A stretch of DNA of 64,000 nt from Auanema rhodensis (lineage: Eukaryota > Animalia > Nematoda): NCBI GenBank assembly GCA_964057225.1, contig OZ059899.1, forward strand, positions 8,680,001 through 8,744,000. Direction: 5' to 3'. The translations under genes were made by a program, and so were the position numbers. Position 1 is the first letter of the stretch, and every line of letters begins with the position of its first letter. Below the pieces are notes generated by a model. The model searched no databases. It had not been told where the DNA came from and worked only from the letters and a program-made list of their open reading frames with translations. This document shows positions 27,601-41,650 of the stretch, piece after piece.

Positions 27601-30600
27601 GATCATCCATCTGAATATAATAAATAAATAAATATTATATGATATCGTTTACTTTGTGTAAATAATTATATTTTTTAACATTTGCCGATAGACGCTTATA
27701 GGCATCTCGAGGAGCAGAATAATGATCACTCGGCTCAGCGAATTGCTGCTCTAGTTGAGTTAAAACTTCTTTATCATCATAACTATTAGAAAATCTTCTT
27801 TGACGTCCACTTCCCGAGTTTTTTCGACCTTAAATTCGTATGAACTGCTTATGTTGAATATATTTTGAATTTTCACTACCTCTACTTAGACTTCTACTTG
27901 CTTTCTTAGGTGTACGACGATAAGATTCTGGGCTCAAGCCAGATCGTATACGACGACATGTTTCAACTTTCTCAGCAGCATCCAATTTTCTTCGCAACTC
28001 AGCCATTTTCGTCAATTGAGCTTCTCTGTAAAAATAATTATTACTTCAAGTATATTTTGGCAAAGTTTTTTAAATTTGAAATCTAAGAAATGTTATATAC
28101 TATATGTATATTCTAATATTTTTATTTTTGTTTATATTTCTTAAAAGTTAAATATATTATTTACCTATTTTTTATAATCATTTCCATCATGGCATGATGA
28201 CGTTGGTATACTTCATCTCCTTGTCCTTCTGGATCTTGAATCTAAAATTATTTCTATTTAATCCAAATTTACTATTTTAGCAACAGTTATTAAATCGTTG
28301 TCTCTCTTCATTTTTCTTTTATTCATTTAAATAATTTTTGTTTTAGATAAAACGAAAACAGTAAATGTACTCTGCTCGGCTCAATTGGTTCTCACGTTTT
28401 TTTCTCGTAAAAACTTCATTTTCGTCCTTAATTAGCCGTTTAAGCTTTATCTGGTAGTTATTCCAAGTTTTATGTAATGTTGTTCATTGTATTATTTCAT
28501 GGGAACTGTTGTTACAACTCGCATCTTCAACTTTCATTGTTAACGCCTATTTTCTTTTTCTTTTTAAAATTTTTAAAAATAGATTGAAACACTCATTTAC
28601 TGTTTTGCTTATTTTCAATATGTATGTTAGTGTATAGCTTTTATACATTCACAATGCATATAGTAAAGCTGATCACATCTACAGTCACATCTGTTCATAT
28701 GCATAAATAGATTTCAGCTTATTCTAACGAAGCCAAATCAAATATGGTATGGCTTCACAAATCGTACTTTATCTCAAGCAATTCATCATCAGATCTTATA
28801 CTTATACGAATCTATCATGATGCTTATGAGATACGAGGTCAACAACTGGTACGCGTATTAGCGTATGGTCCCTTATGGTTTACAGCGGTTACTATGTGTT
28901 ATTGCAAACCATTTACATATAGTTAGCGTAGTTAGTTAGTTCTCAAACTAATAACAATTACAGAGTGAGGACATGTTATGATTTGTATCAAATAACCAAA
29001 TAAAGAGACTAAAGGAAGAAAAAGAAGACGAGCAACTGTGTGTAAACACATGCTCTTTCCATCATCTATGTATTCAATATCTTTTCTTTTTTTCTCTTTA
29101 TACTACTAACTATATATTCTATCCATAAATGTGGCCTTCATATATCTAAAATAGTGTCTTCTCTCATAGTTACATATACACATATAGTTATATGAATATA
29201 TGAATGATGAACCTAAACATCATCTCTTTCTCTTTATTGCCATAGCAGATTTATAGCCAGCTAATTGCACGTCATTAACACCATCCACCTACATATAGTA
29301 TGTGGATGACTAAATTACACTAAATTTTGAATTATCTTTTACAATATGTACACATAAGGTCAAAATAAACTATATTTCTCATTTACTACTATATCACACT
29401 GATTATATGTATAAATAGTAAGAAAAGTGAAAATATCAAAATAATCCAACGAATTATTAGTCTTTTTGGATTAAAAACAATGATATTTCATATTTTCTAT
29501 GACAATTTTCCTACTTTTATGATTCAATTGAAGGTCATCGAGGTTTAAGGTTTCGAACACCTTTTTCCAAAATAATATTGGGGATGAGTATTCATTATTG
29601 TGAAAATGATTATGATGTGTGAACTTTCATGAAATTGTGAGCAATCTGAAGAAGAAAAAACTCTTGAAAAACTGTCTGTATGATTGTCGTGAATCATGTC
29701 ATTTCAATGTCTTAGGGGACACCAAAAAAAATATAAGAAGAGCAATTATTACATGCAAATCCTTTGATCAATTTTTCGAGATTTCTAAAAGAAATATACT
29801 AGTCACATACATATGGATTATAAATCAAAATAGAGAGAGAGAGAGAAAAAGCAAGAGTGAGAGAGAGAGAGGGAGAGAGAGAAAAAATTGAAAATGGGGA
29901 AAAGACAAAACGATTTGGAACTTTCGCTTGAAAAAAAAAACGCTTTTTTTGTGTGTCATGGTAGTCGCCTGGAATTATCTCATGGGACACTATGCAGTAA
30001 TCTTGCTCTAGAACTCTTTCTTTCCTCTCAGCAGATTGTAGTTGAAGCATGAACATGTACCGCTCGGAAAATAAAATTTGGTTAGAATTTTAAGCTTAAA
30101 ACGTAAAGATATATATATATAAGTATATGTTATATATTATATTATATAAATAATATAAAATTAATCTTAAGACTAAATAATAATCTAGTTTAAAATATTT
30201 CTTCCTCATACATGCACAATAAGCATATTCTGTATTTGTACTTTGCTCCTTCTCATCTTTCTCAAATCCTAGCTAAATCTAAGCTGTTGCTATGGATAAA
30301 GCAACGAAGCTGATTGAAGAAAAACTATCTCCATTTTGTTGAAAACGACTAGTACAACCAGAAGTTAATCAAAAGCTTTCGACATCATTAAGCTAGGCTA
30401 TGTGTTTCTTTAAGCTTTATCTATAATGCTTATCTATTACAAATTTGAGAGAAAAAGGAATATTTTTAAAGATTCTTGTGAATAGTCAAATGGAGAAAAA
30501 AAATTAAAATCAATCCTAATATTTATGATGTTTAAATATATTTTCTTCAGCGTAAAATTTAATTTATTTTAAGAAATATAAAACATATTTCATATTTAAT

Positions 30601-31072
30601 CATTTGTCTACTTTCAAATTACTTTATACATTATTACCAAATGAAAAGCGCATCATACCACGTAAAAGACGAAAAAAATGAATAACTACGTTAGATGTAA
30701 TTATCTTAAATGGGCTGACTATTTATATCGAAAAACGGAAAATTAGTTAATAATTCGTTCAGTCCGGCCTCACGCACTAACCACAGGTGGTACCTGTTCG
30801 GTTCAATTGCTTCTCAACACGAAAAACATCATTAAGCATTTGACTATCTTTTCAGTTTGCTTTGATCCTCTTTATGTATTCATTTACATATACAATATAT
30901 AAATGATTTTTCAAAATAAAAACAATATGAAATTTTTTTTTCACTACTTCACTTGTGAATAACTCACCAGACCCATTTTTCGGAGATGTCTCTGCATATG
31001 AGGCAGAGCAAAATACTGACGTAGGTGAACATCATACAGAGGATTATAGTTATCCAGCATACTCTCCGTCAT
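21691..31072 (-). CDS. Large protein with ERICH3-like N-terminal domain, basic Ser/Arg-rich region, Ser-Pro heptad repeat and acidic C-terminus
   Basis: Spliced model: 31072-30968 (MTESMLDNYNPLYDVHLRQYFALPHMQRHLRKMGL), ~28221-28145 (IQDPEGQGDEVYQRHHAMMEMIIKNR), two exons in ~28026-27680, 27610-~27465, optional 26905-26849, 25849-25746, 25697-25592, ~25515-25384, the large repeat exon ~25335-22616, 22570-~22357, ~22302-22199, ~22151-21983, 21898-21810, and a last exon ending ...NNVSSL* at 21691. The N-terminus resembles, from memory, the YNSLxDxHLxxYF...RHL..GLI motif of vertebrate ERICH3. Some internal boundaries are approximate. Confidence 0.82.
23150..24730 (-). repeat. Coding tandem repeat with a 21-nt (7-aa) unit; variants PAPAHHS, PSPIQQS and PAPVHES usually form a 63-nt higher-order unit
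   Basis: Directly visible reiteration of gatgagctggagctgggctctcatgtactggagctgggctctgttggattggagatggactat on the + strand; ~1.58 kb, about 75 heptads. Confidence 0.97.
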
Positions 31073-33140
31073 CTTTGAAGCTGCAAAAACACGTTTTAAT
31101 TATAAATATATGTTAAAATAAGAAATTTTAACTAATATATTGATTTGATAAAAGAGATTGAAGAAAAATTTCAGTTACATATATTAGCTAAGAAACAATT
31201 TGATTAGAAAGGTAATTTTAAGTGATATTTCAATATAATATGTACATATTTGAAATATATTAAAATCAATAAGAAACAAATAATTACTTTAGATGTATCC
31301 TAATTATTATTGATGGTGATTTTTAGGTACCCACTGTAGTTGTTTGAACCTGAAATATGAATAAGAAAGTTTAAAAGGCAACTGAAAATTCACAATGTTT
31401 AAACGAAAAAGGACAGATGACGTTAAAGTGAAAAAAAGGAAGAAAAGTGGTCCCATGGCGGAAAAAAAAAGAAAACGGTGCTTGCAAAAGCTTTAAAACG
31501 AGGAATTAGGTAACAGCCCATCAAGAAAAGCGGAGGGCCTACTGACGTCATGATTGCTTATGAAAAGACTAGCTGGTGAACTAAATGAAGATCTAACTAA
31601 AAACTGATAAATTAAAAAGAAATGGCTTCATCAGAAAGCTAAAAAACTTTTTCATATCTTTTCTACTCGTTCATTTGAAAGTAAAATAGATTGGAAAGCG
31701 TTCCCCCAGAGTCAGTTGAGAAGGGAAATGAACTGCTATGAGAAGTTCATTTTATAAAAAATTTCGAATAATAGCACGTAGACAGTTCCTGGAACGCTTG
31801 GGAATTTAATTTTTTTAAATTAAAAAAATAATCTTTTTATAAATATGAAATTTATGAACGAAGTAAGGGAAGTGAAGACGAAGGGCAAATCGAACGACTG
31901 AAAGGTGTCAGCCACGAAATAAAAGCATTGAGAGTAAGAGATTAGCAGAAACAGAGAATATGTAAAGAGAGAGAAACAAGAGGAATTGAAGGAAGAGAGG
32001 GAGGGGAACGAAATATTTTCGACATACCATGGAGGACGTGAGGGAGAAGAGAGCAAGACGAAGGTTTCTATGGCAAATGGGCGGAGTGGAAAGGAAAGGA
32101 AGAAGGAGAAGGAAGGGAGGGAGGGAGAGAAATAGAGAGGAGTGAGAAACAGAATTGAAGAGGACGAACTGTGATGGTTTAAAAGAGAGAGAGGGAAACG
32201 ATTGAGAGAGAAAGTGAGAGAGCCTAACAGGGGAAGAGGAAAAAAGGAAGAAGAGGCGGATAAATAGATATGGAGTGAAAGAAGAGCAGATTGATCATTC
32301 TGAACACATTTTCGTTAGCTGCCGACCAATATGGCTATCAGATGCATGCAGATAAAACATTTTGAAAGCTGTTGGTAATTATTTTTGATGAAAAATTGAA
32401 CAAACTGATGAAATCTAAGAAAATATTGGACTATTTGAATAATACAAGTAAAGTTTGATTTAATGAATAATCACAAAATGAATCATTTTATGAAAGAATA
32501 TTATATATTTTTGTGTTGAAAATGTAGGCAGTAAGAGAGCTGAATTACTCTTCGATCGAATAGGAAGCTTTTAAAAAAGGAACAAAAGATGGTAGTGTAC
32601 GCTAGAAAGTTTTTGAAACCAAAAATTGAATTAGGTAAAAGTGGTAAAATGGAAGTATTTTTTAATAAAATTAGAATAGATAATGATGCTAACATAACAA
32701 TTAAGATACATATTTTAACATATATCTATATATACTATTACTATACTATTTTATAAAATTAGTTTTATAAAAATGTAAAGTTTAACTTAAAAAATAAGAG
32801 AAAAAGTTTAAATAAAGATTAAATAAAAAAATATAAATATCAACATTTCTTCTAATTATAATAAGATTTTGATATTTTGTTAATTTGTTTTCTATTTTAT
32901 GAATGAAATAAAATCTAAAAAGAGTAAAAAACATGATTCAGTTCTAATTGCAAAAACGAAGAGACTTTGAGACTAATTGCATTCCGACTGGATTGTCGAA
33001 AGATGGACGTCTGTACTTAGTCGAGAAAAGTCTATTTTAGCTTACACAAAGTCTTTCTTATATTTTGATCTAAATGTTGTATCAGCAGTAAAATAATATT
33101 CAAGATAATAATATGTTCAATTTGCTATATATTAAGAGAT

Positions 33141-33142
<2 letters not shown>

Positions 33143-33177
<35 letters not shown>
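33143..33177. repeat. (AG)n microsatellite
   Basis: About 17 perfect AG units. Confidence 0.95.
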
Positions 33178-33180
<3 letters not shown>

Positions 33181-34187
33181 GACATTTGTCATATTGCATT
33201 AAAAATTTTTAGAAATATTATATGCAAATATTATTTTTTTTCTAGTAAACTTTAATAAAATTATTGAATGATTATCATTTTGTTGACAACTCAGATTTTA
33301 GCTACGAATTGAAAAAATTTGGAATGAGTTTCAATCTGTTATTCAACGATAACGGAAAAAAAGAAAAATCATCATAGTTCATAAAGCTCGGTACATAACT
33401 GATTAAGCTTTATAACTCCAAACGACAAAAAAAATGAAAAAGAGAAAAAGTGAACGGGAGAGTTATAGTAAGAGAGTTCTACAATTTTGTTTTTTTTTCT
33501 CCTCTGAGACAAAAGTTGTAGGAGAAATAACAGAAATTTGAATCATATTTTGGCTGTACAAGGTAAACAATTAGAAAAGGGTTATATTCTTAAAGAAACC
33601 CATACAATTGAAAAGATGTTTGGGAAAGGGTAGTTTGCAAGGTTTCCAAATATTCTCTGTTTAATGCTTCCATCAAGCTTTGAACCTATGAAGAATTGAA
33701 GAAGCATTAAAGTGCGTCTAAGCTAATAACATCTCATCTACATAACTAACTCGTCTTTGCTTTTCGGTAGTATATGAAAGAGGCAAAAGGGAAGATTGAG
33801 ATAGAAGGAAAGCAATGAAAAAGGAAGAGGTTAACCACTAACTGCCGAGGATTATCGAACCAACAGAAGCCTTTCTGGACTGGCAATAGCTGCTATTCTT
33901 TATTCTGGCAAATGAGAGACAATTATGGAACAGGTATTGATTATTAGGTTGGTAAGTGAATTGAATCTCTCACCTCACCTGCAGAGAGAAAGAAAGAGAG
34001 AGAGAGAAGATAGTAATGAGTATATGTATATGGTCAAACCATATGAGCATATAGCAAATTGCTTTTCTATTCCATCTCTCTTAATTAAGGTTAAATCCCG
34101 TTTTACACAGTATATAAGGATATATGAGGGAATGAGGTAAAGGTGAAATAGTATTTTATTTGTTTGTATGAAGTTCATATAAAATAC

Positions 34188-34224
34188 AGAGAGAGAAAGA
34201 GAGAGAGAAAAAGAGAGAGAGAGG

Positions 34225-34268
<44 letters not shown>
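34188..34268. repeat. Interrupted (AG)n microsatellite
   Basis: ~80 nt near-pure purine tract of AG units. Confidence 0.9.
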
Positions 34269-34271
<3 letters not shown>

Positions 34272-37200
34272 AATATTATACATGTATACCATAGTTAAAT
34301 TACAATATAATAGCAATATGAAAAATATTATTTGTTCTACAACATCATCTCCATGAGAAAAAAAAAGATAATGAACATTTGTTTCCCTTATAATATTAGA
34401 TATTATACTAGAAATACAGCTTATATCTAAATATGTGTTGTTAGAAAAAAGAAGCCATTTAACTGTTTGATTCTCAAACAGGTGTATGGAACAAATAATA
34501 ATAACAAATCAATTCCATAAATTTCTTTTTTTTTAACAAAATTAATTATAAACTATATATAGATATATATAAATAAAACATTTCTAATATGATTTTCTAT
34601 CTATTAGTCATATACTAGATGTACTTTATGTACATACGAGATAAAGCTTGCATTACATACATACATACATACTTCTAACTAAAAGTATTTTTTAATTTTA
34701 AAATATTATTTTATATAATTATATGTTATACGCAACTATATCAACCTCAACTAATTATTACATTTTTTACTAAGATATTTGAGAGTGAATTGGAAAAAAA
34801 GAAAGAAAAACATCCAAGTTTTAGAAAAGAAAATAACAAAATTGAAATAAATGAAGCGAAAATGATATGAAATCGAAAAAAATAGTAGGTAGGAACAACC
34901 GTTCGTTATGAATTCTCTGAATAGAAATGAATAATATGTCCCTGACATGGCAGGTGCCCTCCACTCTACCCTCTCCTCAAATTCGCTCTGTGAATGCTCA
35001 CCGCAAAACCTCTCACCCCGCCAGCTTTGGCTAATTGGCCAAGATTTTCCGCGCAACTGACAAATAACAAGACAGTTATTATAAATCGTTTATAATTTTA
35101 TAGTATTCTAGGACAATTTCAAAAAAAAAATAACCAATGGTTATAGATTAGAAGAAAAATATTTCACAAATAGAATATGATGTTTCATTAGCTTTATAAG
35201 TAGAATGTTTGACACGGCATCTCTCGTTTCACTCCTCTCTTTCTCTTTCTCTCTCTATCTATCTCTTTTTCTTTCGCTCTCTCTATAACTTTCACAATCA
35301 AATGTCAATAAACTACCAGGTGTGAGTGAGTATTGAAAGGTAGACAAAGTATAAATAAAAGTTGTAGAGATCGAATTCTCTGTATACATTGGGACTAAGA
35401 AGAGACAAAAAAAATATTGAGAACGTTGTACATAGACACGTGAATTCTTGGAATTTTGAAGCGTTCCACTGTTCTACTCAATTTCAATTTTTTTCGAAAA
35501 GAAATAGATTAGAAAGGATATATGAAATTGAACTTTGTCATTTATTTGTTCTAAATTGAAAAGAAACATTTGAAAATAGATTTTATGAAAAACATAGTCG
35601 CCGTCTTTTCTTTGAAAGTATGCATGCAATTGACTGCTACTGATAAACTAAGTAATTCAATTCGTAGGACAAGCATTTCTTCAGAAAAGTTGAAATGAAT
35701 CAATTTAGATGATCACTAATTGAAACGACCAGGAGCTTCTGATTACATAGAATTGTTTCAAAAGCTTTTTTTTGGAAACTTTGAAAGCTCCAGTCTTCAA
35801 TTATCTCTTGGTTTTCTTCTTAAACTTCTTCTTTTTTCTGTGAAAAAGTATAGGATGTACACGCTTACATTCTTAATGTTACTAATAAGTTTCAGCATTT
35901 GAGTTAAAAAAAGAAAAGAAAAAATGAATAATATTGTATTGTTGAAGATTTATTAATTGATTTGAATCAAAAATAATCAACAAGAAAGAGTTTTGAACAG
36001 AAAAAAACATGAAAAATTAGTTATGAACAATGATTTTTATTTAAATTCTTAAATACTGACTTATGTAAAACCTTGAGATTACTGAAAGGACAGTGAGAGC
36101 AAAACTAATATGCAGAATTGCCTAATAAGAAGAGTCGTTAAGTTTATTTGGCATTTCTTCCCTGTAAAGATGTCCAAAAAAAAATCTCGAGACAGAAAAA
36201 GATTAAATATATCAAACTGAAGTGTTGAAATTGGAAAAAAAACGGAGAGTGCATCTAGAAAAAATGGAATCTTTTGTATGGAAACAAATGAACGATAAAC
36301 GATTTGACACGTTGAATTCTTCAGAAATTTGTTTAACGTTATTGCTATAGTAGGGTGAGACTAGTCGAAGAAAAAATATTTCTAAGAAAAATTTCAATAA
36401 GAGGAAGATGATGTACTGAATGTGTCAATTGGCTGCTTTTGTGAACACGGCCCCCAATACGACGACGACGATGATGATGATGATGATGATGGCAAGAGAA
36501 AATGATGGTTTGAGAGAAGAGAGGAATATAAAATGAAGATTGAGGAGTGAGGAGTGAGAGGAAACCTGTGAAAGCCTAGTTAGGCATAAAATGGCAGTGG
36601 GAAGACGAATTGAAGGTGCATCAGGAGGTGCAATAAAGAGAATGTGGGCAAGCATGGGAACGACGAAAAACGAGATGCCTCGACAAACGACTGTGCAAAA
36701 GATGTATAACCTAGTAAAACATGTATAAACTAGCTTGTATTTTTCTTTGACAATTATATTTTAGAAGACATGAATAAGAAATTTGGGACAAACGACAACT
36801 GATTGAGACAACTAAAATGCAGGAGATTAGTCGCTCAAGATTATCTGCCCGGATTTTGAAGGATTTTGGACGAAGTCAAAGAAAATCAGCGACAAATCGG
36901 TCCGTCAGTCTGTCTTGCTGACGACCGACAGAATCACGTCAAACACACAGAGTCCGTCGAGCAGAGCACGATGGACATGCGGGAGCTTATGGGTCAGGAA
37001 TAAGGCGGAACCTTTCAATGAGCAATATTCCCATGAGATAGTTCGTGTGCTGATTGAATTGTTTCCTCTTGTGTTGTAAACTGGGACTATCTAAGCTTAA
37101 AACCTCTTTTAGAAGACTAGAACAGAGATGCTACAGCAGTTCAAACGAGAGAGCGATTGCATGAAGTAGAGGGAGGAATGGTAGAAGGGTAAGAAGAGAA

Positions 37201-38421
37201 GATCTTATGCAACTAAACTGAATAAAAGAGAGAACAAGAGAAAGAGAGAGAGAGAAAGAAAAAGTAGAGAAATGTGTGGAGAAAAGACAACATTGGTAAT
37301 AAGCCGCAGGACTAAGAAGCATGGACCAGACGGTCGGTCACAATATATACTCTTGGACCAGCTTGGCCTCTTAATTAACTAGTTTCCTCTTTTCATAGCA
37401 TATATAGATAGATAGTCATACTAAGACTAAGGCACATTAGGAAGCTAAGGGCTGAAGAAGAAAAATAAGAAGAAAAAGAATATACATATCTATGTATATA
37501 CACATATATTAAAAAGAAAAAAAGAAGAAATAGAAGGATATAAACAAGAAAAAAACGGACAAAAATATAGAAAAAACGACAACATCGCACATACGGCGAA
37601 GTTTTACCGAATAAGCTGTTTTTTTTCATTTAGATGTTGAACTATGCAAAATATGCAAAAATGTCAGTTGTAATCCTCCTTCTTCTAATGAAAAATCCAA
37701 TAAAGTCCATGAAAAAAAATTGCAAATCTATCAGATAATCAAGAATTTATAGTAAAATATTTATGAAAAATGTAATTTCAAACGAAAAATGAATTAATAG
37801 TATGTTTTGAAGAATATGTATTTGCAAAGAAAATACTACTAAGTATATAATTGTATATATCGTATAGTATCTGTATAAATAGAATATATACACATATATT
37901 CATATGAATTTCAATATAAAAATATAAGTAATAATATATAATTAGTGGTTACTTATATTCTACAAACTGAATGAAACGAACTAAAAGATACGGGTGACCT
38001 CCAGTAGCGACTGGTCGGCTCCTTCTGTCTCGTCAGTCATCCAGACATCCTCTCTATCTCCAGCTCTCCTCCCTTTTTCCATGTGCCAGGCCTTGAATGC
38101 TTCTCATCTATTAGCTCCTCCCTTTCTTTCATCTAAAGCTCAAATGAAATGAGAAATATCAATTTAAGCTTATATTGGTCAAGCTCCCAAAGTTAGAAGG
38201 AGCACCCGAAAACTAATGTAATTTTTTTTTGAAAAAAATGAAGGAAAAAGTCAAAACAAATGTCAAACCTATCAACGAAAAAAATGTCTTTTACCCTTTC
38301 TTTTCCTTCGTAATAATCCGAAAGATATGTGAACGGGAGTATTACTGAAACGAGACGATGTCTTTTCGATTTCATGATGAAACTCAGAAAAATTATGAGC
38401 AAAGATTTTTATTTTCAAATT

Positions 38422-38437
38422 TATATATATATATCTA

Positions 38438-38468
<31 letters not shown>
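38422..38468. repeat. Interrupted (TA)n microsatellite
   Basis: TA units with two TC interruptions. Confidence 0.9.
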
Positions 38469-38471
<3 letters not shown>

Positions 38472-41136
38472 GAATGAATGAGTGTCAGTACTTGAGGAAG
38501 ATTAAATCAGACATTGAGAGTTTAGCGAATTTGGATGAGACAATCAAAAATTATTGAAATATAGTAGTCAAGTAGTGTCAGTCAAGTGACAAATGATGCA
38601 TCACAGTTAGAACATGATATAATTTGTAAAAAGAAATAATTTTAAAGTTTTATGAAAAATAATATTTATATATATATATAGATAGATATAGATATATAGT
38701 AAGATGGAATGAGATTATTTATATTTAAGAAAAAAAGAATTGGAAGACTATTTGAAGACAAAAAAAGATATTTGACTTGTTCTTCGGATAATCCACGATA
38801 TACAAATTATTCGCTTGTTCGATAAAAAAAGAAGAAAAACTAGAAGTGCGAACATAAACTGAATGCAAGCTGTCTTCAGATGTGAGTTGAATTGAGAAAA
38901 ATGAAGAATAAAATGAATAATAATAAAAATTGATTGAAAAAATGAAAAAAGAATAAGGTGATACAAGGCGATAAAATGGAGAAAAAGATATATAAAGAAG
39001 AGAAGAGCATATGAAAAACAGAGTATATCAGGGAATAGATACAATTAAAATCTATTTTTAGATACATCAAGCAAGCTTTTAGCTTTCAGTCTTCTTTAAA
39101 ATAAAATTTGTTTTTATATTTAGTAAATATGATTGCATCTTGAGCAAAAAAGAAGAAGCATTGATATGCAGATTTTGATCTTATTGTATTGTTTCAAATA
39201 ATTAATTGAAAACAATTTACTATGAATATAAGCTATAATTAAATAATAAACTTTTCCTTCAATTTATTTATTTGAAAATGAAATCATTTTTAGATTAGAA
39301 AACATATAATTAAGCCTTTTATAGCTTCAAAGCGGCACAGGAAAGTGAGGAAGAGAGGGGAATTGGAAAATAGCAAATGGCTCATCATTGGATGTCATGA
39401 ATTTTCTAAGATGAATCGCCTCTCAAAGCTTAATAGGGTTAAAGCTTAAGCTTCAACCCATTCTCTTTCGCCACATTCTATTTCTCATATTGTTGCTCAT
39501 TAATTGAATCATTCAAAATCGTTTTGTTGATTTTATTTCGTTTAAATTCTTTTTCTTAATTATTAAAGAATATAATAAATTTATCATAATAATTATACAT
39601 ATATATATATTAATATAATCAAAACATGGATAACATATTAAGATAAAATTCATTTATAATCGTTTATGAAAAGCTCATCTCATATGCCGAATGATCGTAG
39701 CGGTCTGAGAAAAACCGATTGATTTCCTAGATGAATGGCTGAAAAGCACTCAATGCACGAGGAAAGAAGGAAATATTTCCAGCCAGATTGCCAATTAATA
39801 TTATAAATTATCCAGATGGTTCAATTGGAGATTAGATATGTATGTATATATACGTATACTTTTGGACGATGAATCAAGAGGTATACCCATATACATATAG
39901 ATTCACATAGATTATTCAGAATTAAAAATAACACAGTTTAAACATAAATCGATATATTTCATTTTGAATTTAAAAAATTAAAAAAAGAAATAATAATATT
40001 ATTTTATTAACTTTAGAAGTATATTGGAACTAAAGTATAAAACTTGAATAAGTTATATGTATATTCATATGTACATCATTTAACATTACATGCAATATTT
40101 GAATTCTTATGAATGAAAATTGACTATAAGTAAATTTTTTTTTTTTGGAAATATAGAAATAGAGAATAGTTAGTTAAATATCAAATATAATATAGATGTA
40201 AATATATGTTCGTTTGTATAAGTATATCATGGCATTTGTGCTGAGAACACTTAGATAGTTGAAGGAAATCTGATCTGAAAGATGGGTGAAAATGTTTTTT
40301 TGTTTCTTTTTTTTTATTTGAAATATAATACTTCATTGGTGAATAAAAAAAGGATGTAATTGAAACAATCTCAATTTGAAAAGGAAATTTTATATTTTAA
40401 TTTTCTAAAATTAAAATATTAATTATAAAAATAAAACAAATTTTAGTTATAAAGTATAAATAATGTAATTAAATATATATTGAAATATATCAATTTAAAC
40501 AGATAATGCTATATTTAATATTAAATAAATCAAATAAAGTTACTTCTATTTCAAAGACATATATATACATGAAAACTTGGAATTCAGGAACAACCTTGCT
40601 GCTTCAGTATTTTTAGATAAACTTAGCTAAACTAGGCTACAATAGCTGAATGAATGTTTTTGAAACAATAACTTTGATCAAAAATCAATTTCTAATTTTT
40701 TCCCAAGAACTTTTTTTAAATTTTATAATATATGAAATAACCAATCTTGGACGTTAAAAGCACTGAGTGTGTTTAGGAAAAATAAGGAAAAAGCTAGTTA
40801 CTGACAGTTACATGAAATAGAGTATTGGAGAATAGTTTTATCAGTTCAAGTCAGTCATAATACAATTATTTCTATATTATATAATCTATATATATACTAT
40901 ATATATATAGATTATGCATATAGTAGTATATAGTTGACATATGGAAATTTATGAAGAAAAAAGAAATGAGCGAAACGAACATTTTTCTTCATATGTTCAT
41001 CTTCAGTTAATAGAATTACAAATATAGGTTTTGGTGCTTTCTTAAATGGTTATAGCTGATGAAACAAAGGAACATACATATATGGATAAAGAAAGAAAGT
41101 TACATTTAGGGAGAAAGGATGTACGAATATACATAA

Positions 41137-41196
41137 GAGAGAGAGAGAGGGGGGGGAGAGAGAGAGAGAGAGAGAGAGTGAGAGGGGGGGAGAGAG
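41137..41196. repeat. (AG)n microsatellite interrupted by G runs
   Basis: AG units containing two G7-8 tracts. Confidence 0.9.
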
Positions 41197-41650
41197 ATTA
41201 GCAAAATATATTTGTGAGAATAGAAAGAGAGAAAGAAAGAGATCAAACTGAAACGTTGAAAAGAGGAAAATTAGGAGAGTGCTTTGTTGATGAAATTAGA
41301 TATTCGAGAGGTTTTTCAAGTTGGAATTATGTATATTTCCGTATTATTTACTCTTTACTAGTATTCAAACTCAAAGTAATTAACGTAATATTATAATTAC
41401 AAAATAAAGTTTATTACAGGAATTATCGAGTTCAAGTTTTACCTGTAGATGAAGATACAATTCATATTTTGGTTCTTTTTTTACCGAATATACTCTGTTT
41501 GTGTTCTATTTCATATAAAACTTTTTTATCTCAACTTAATATTATATATAGAATAGATTAGTATATTTCATTAACTTTCATACTTGTTGCATTTTCCATA
41601 ATAAGCATGATTACCCAGAATGGATAGCCGTTAAATATTTCTTTTTTCAA

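Noticed and set aside
28371-28450. Extra internal exon of the ERICH3-like gene (IKLKRLIKDENEVFTRKKRENQLSRA)
   Set aside because: Its donor is phase 2 while the next exon needs phase 0; inclusion would frameshift to a stop.
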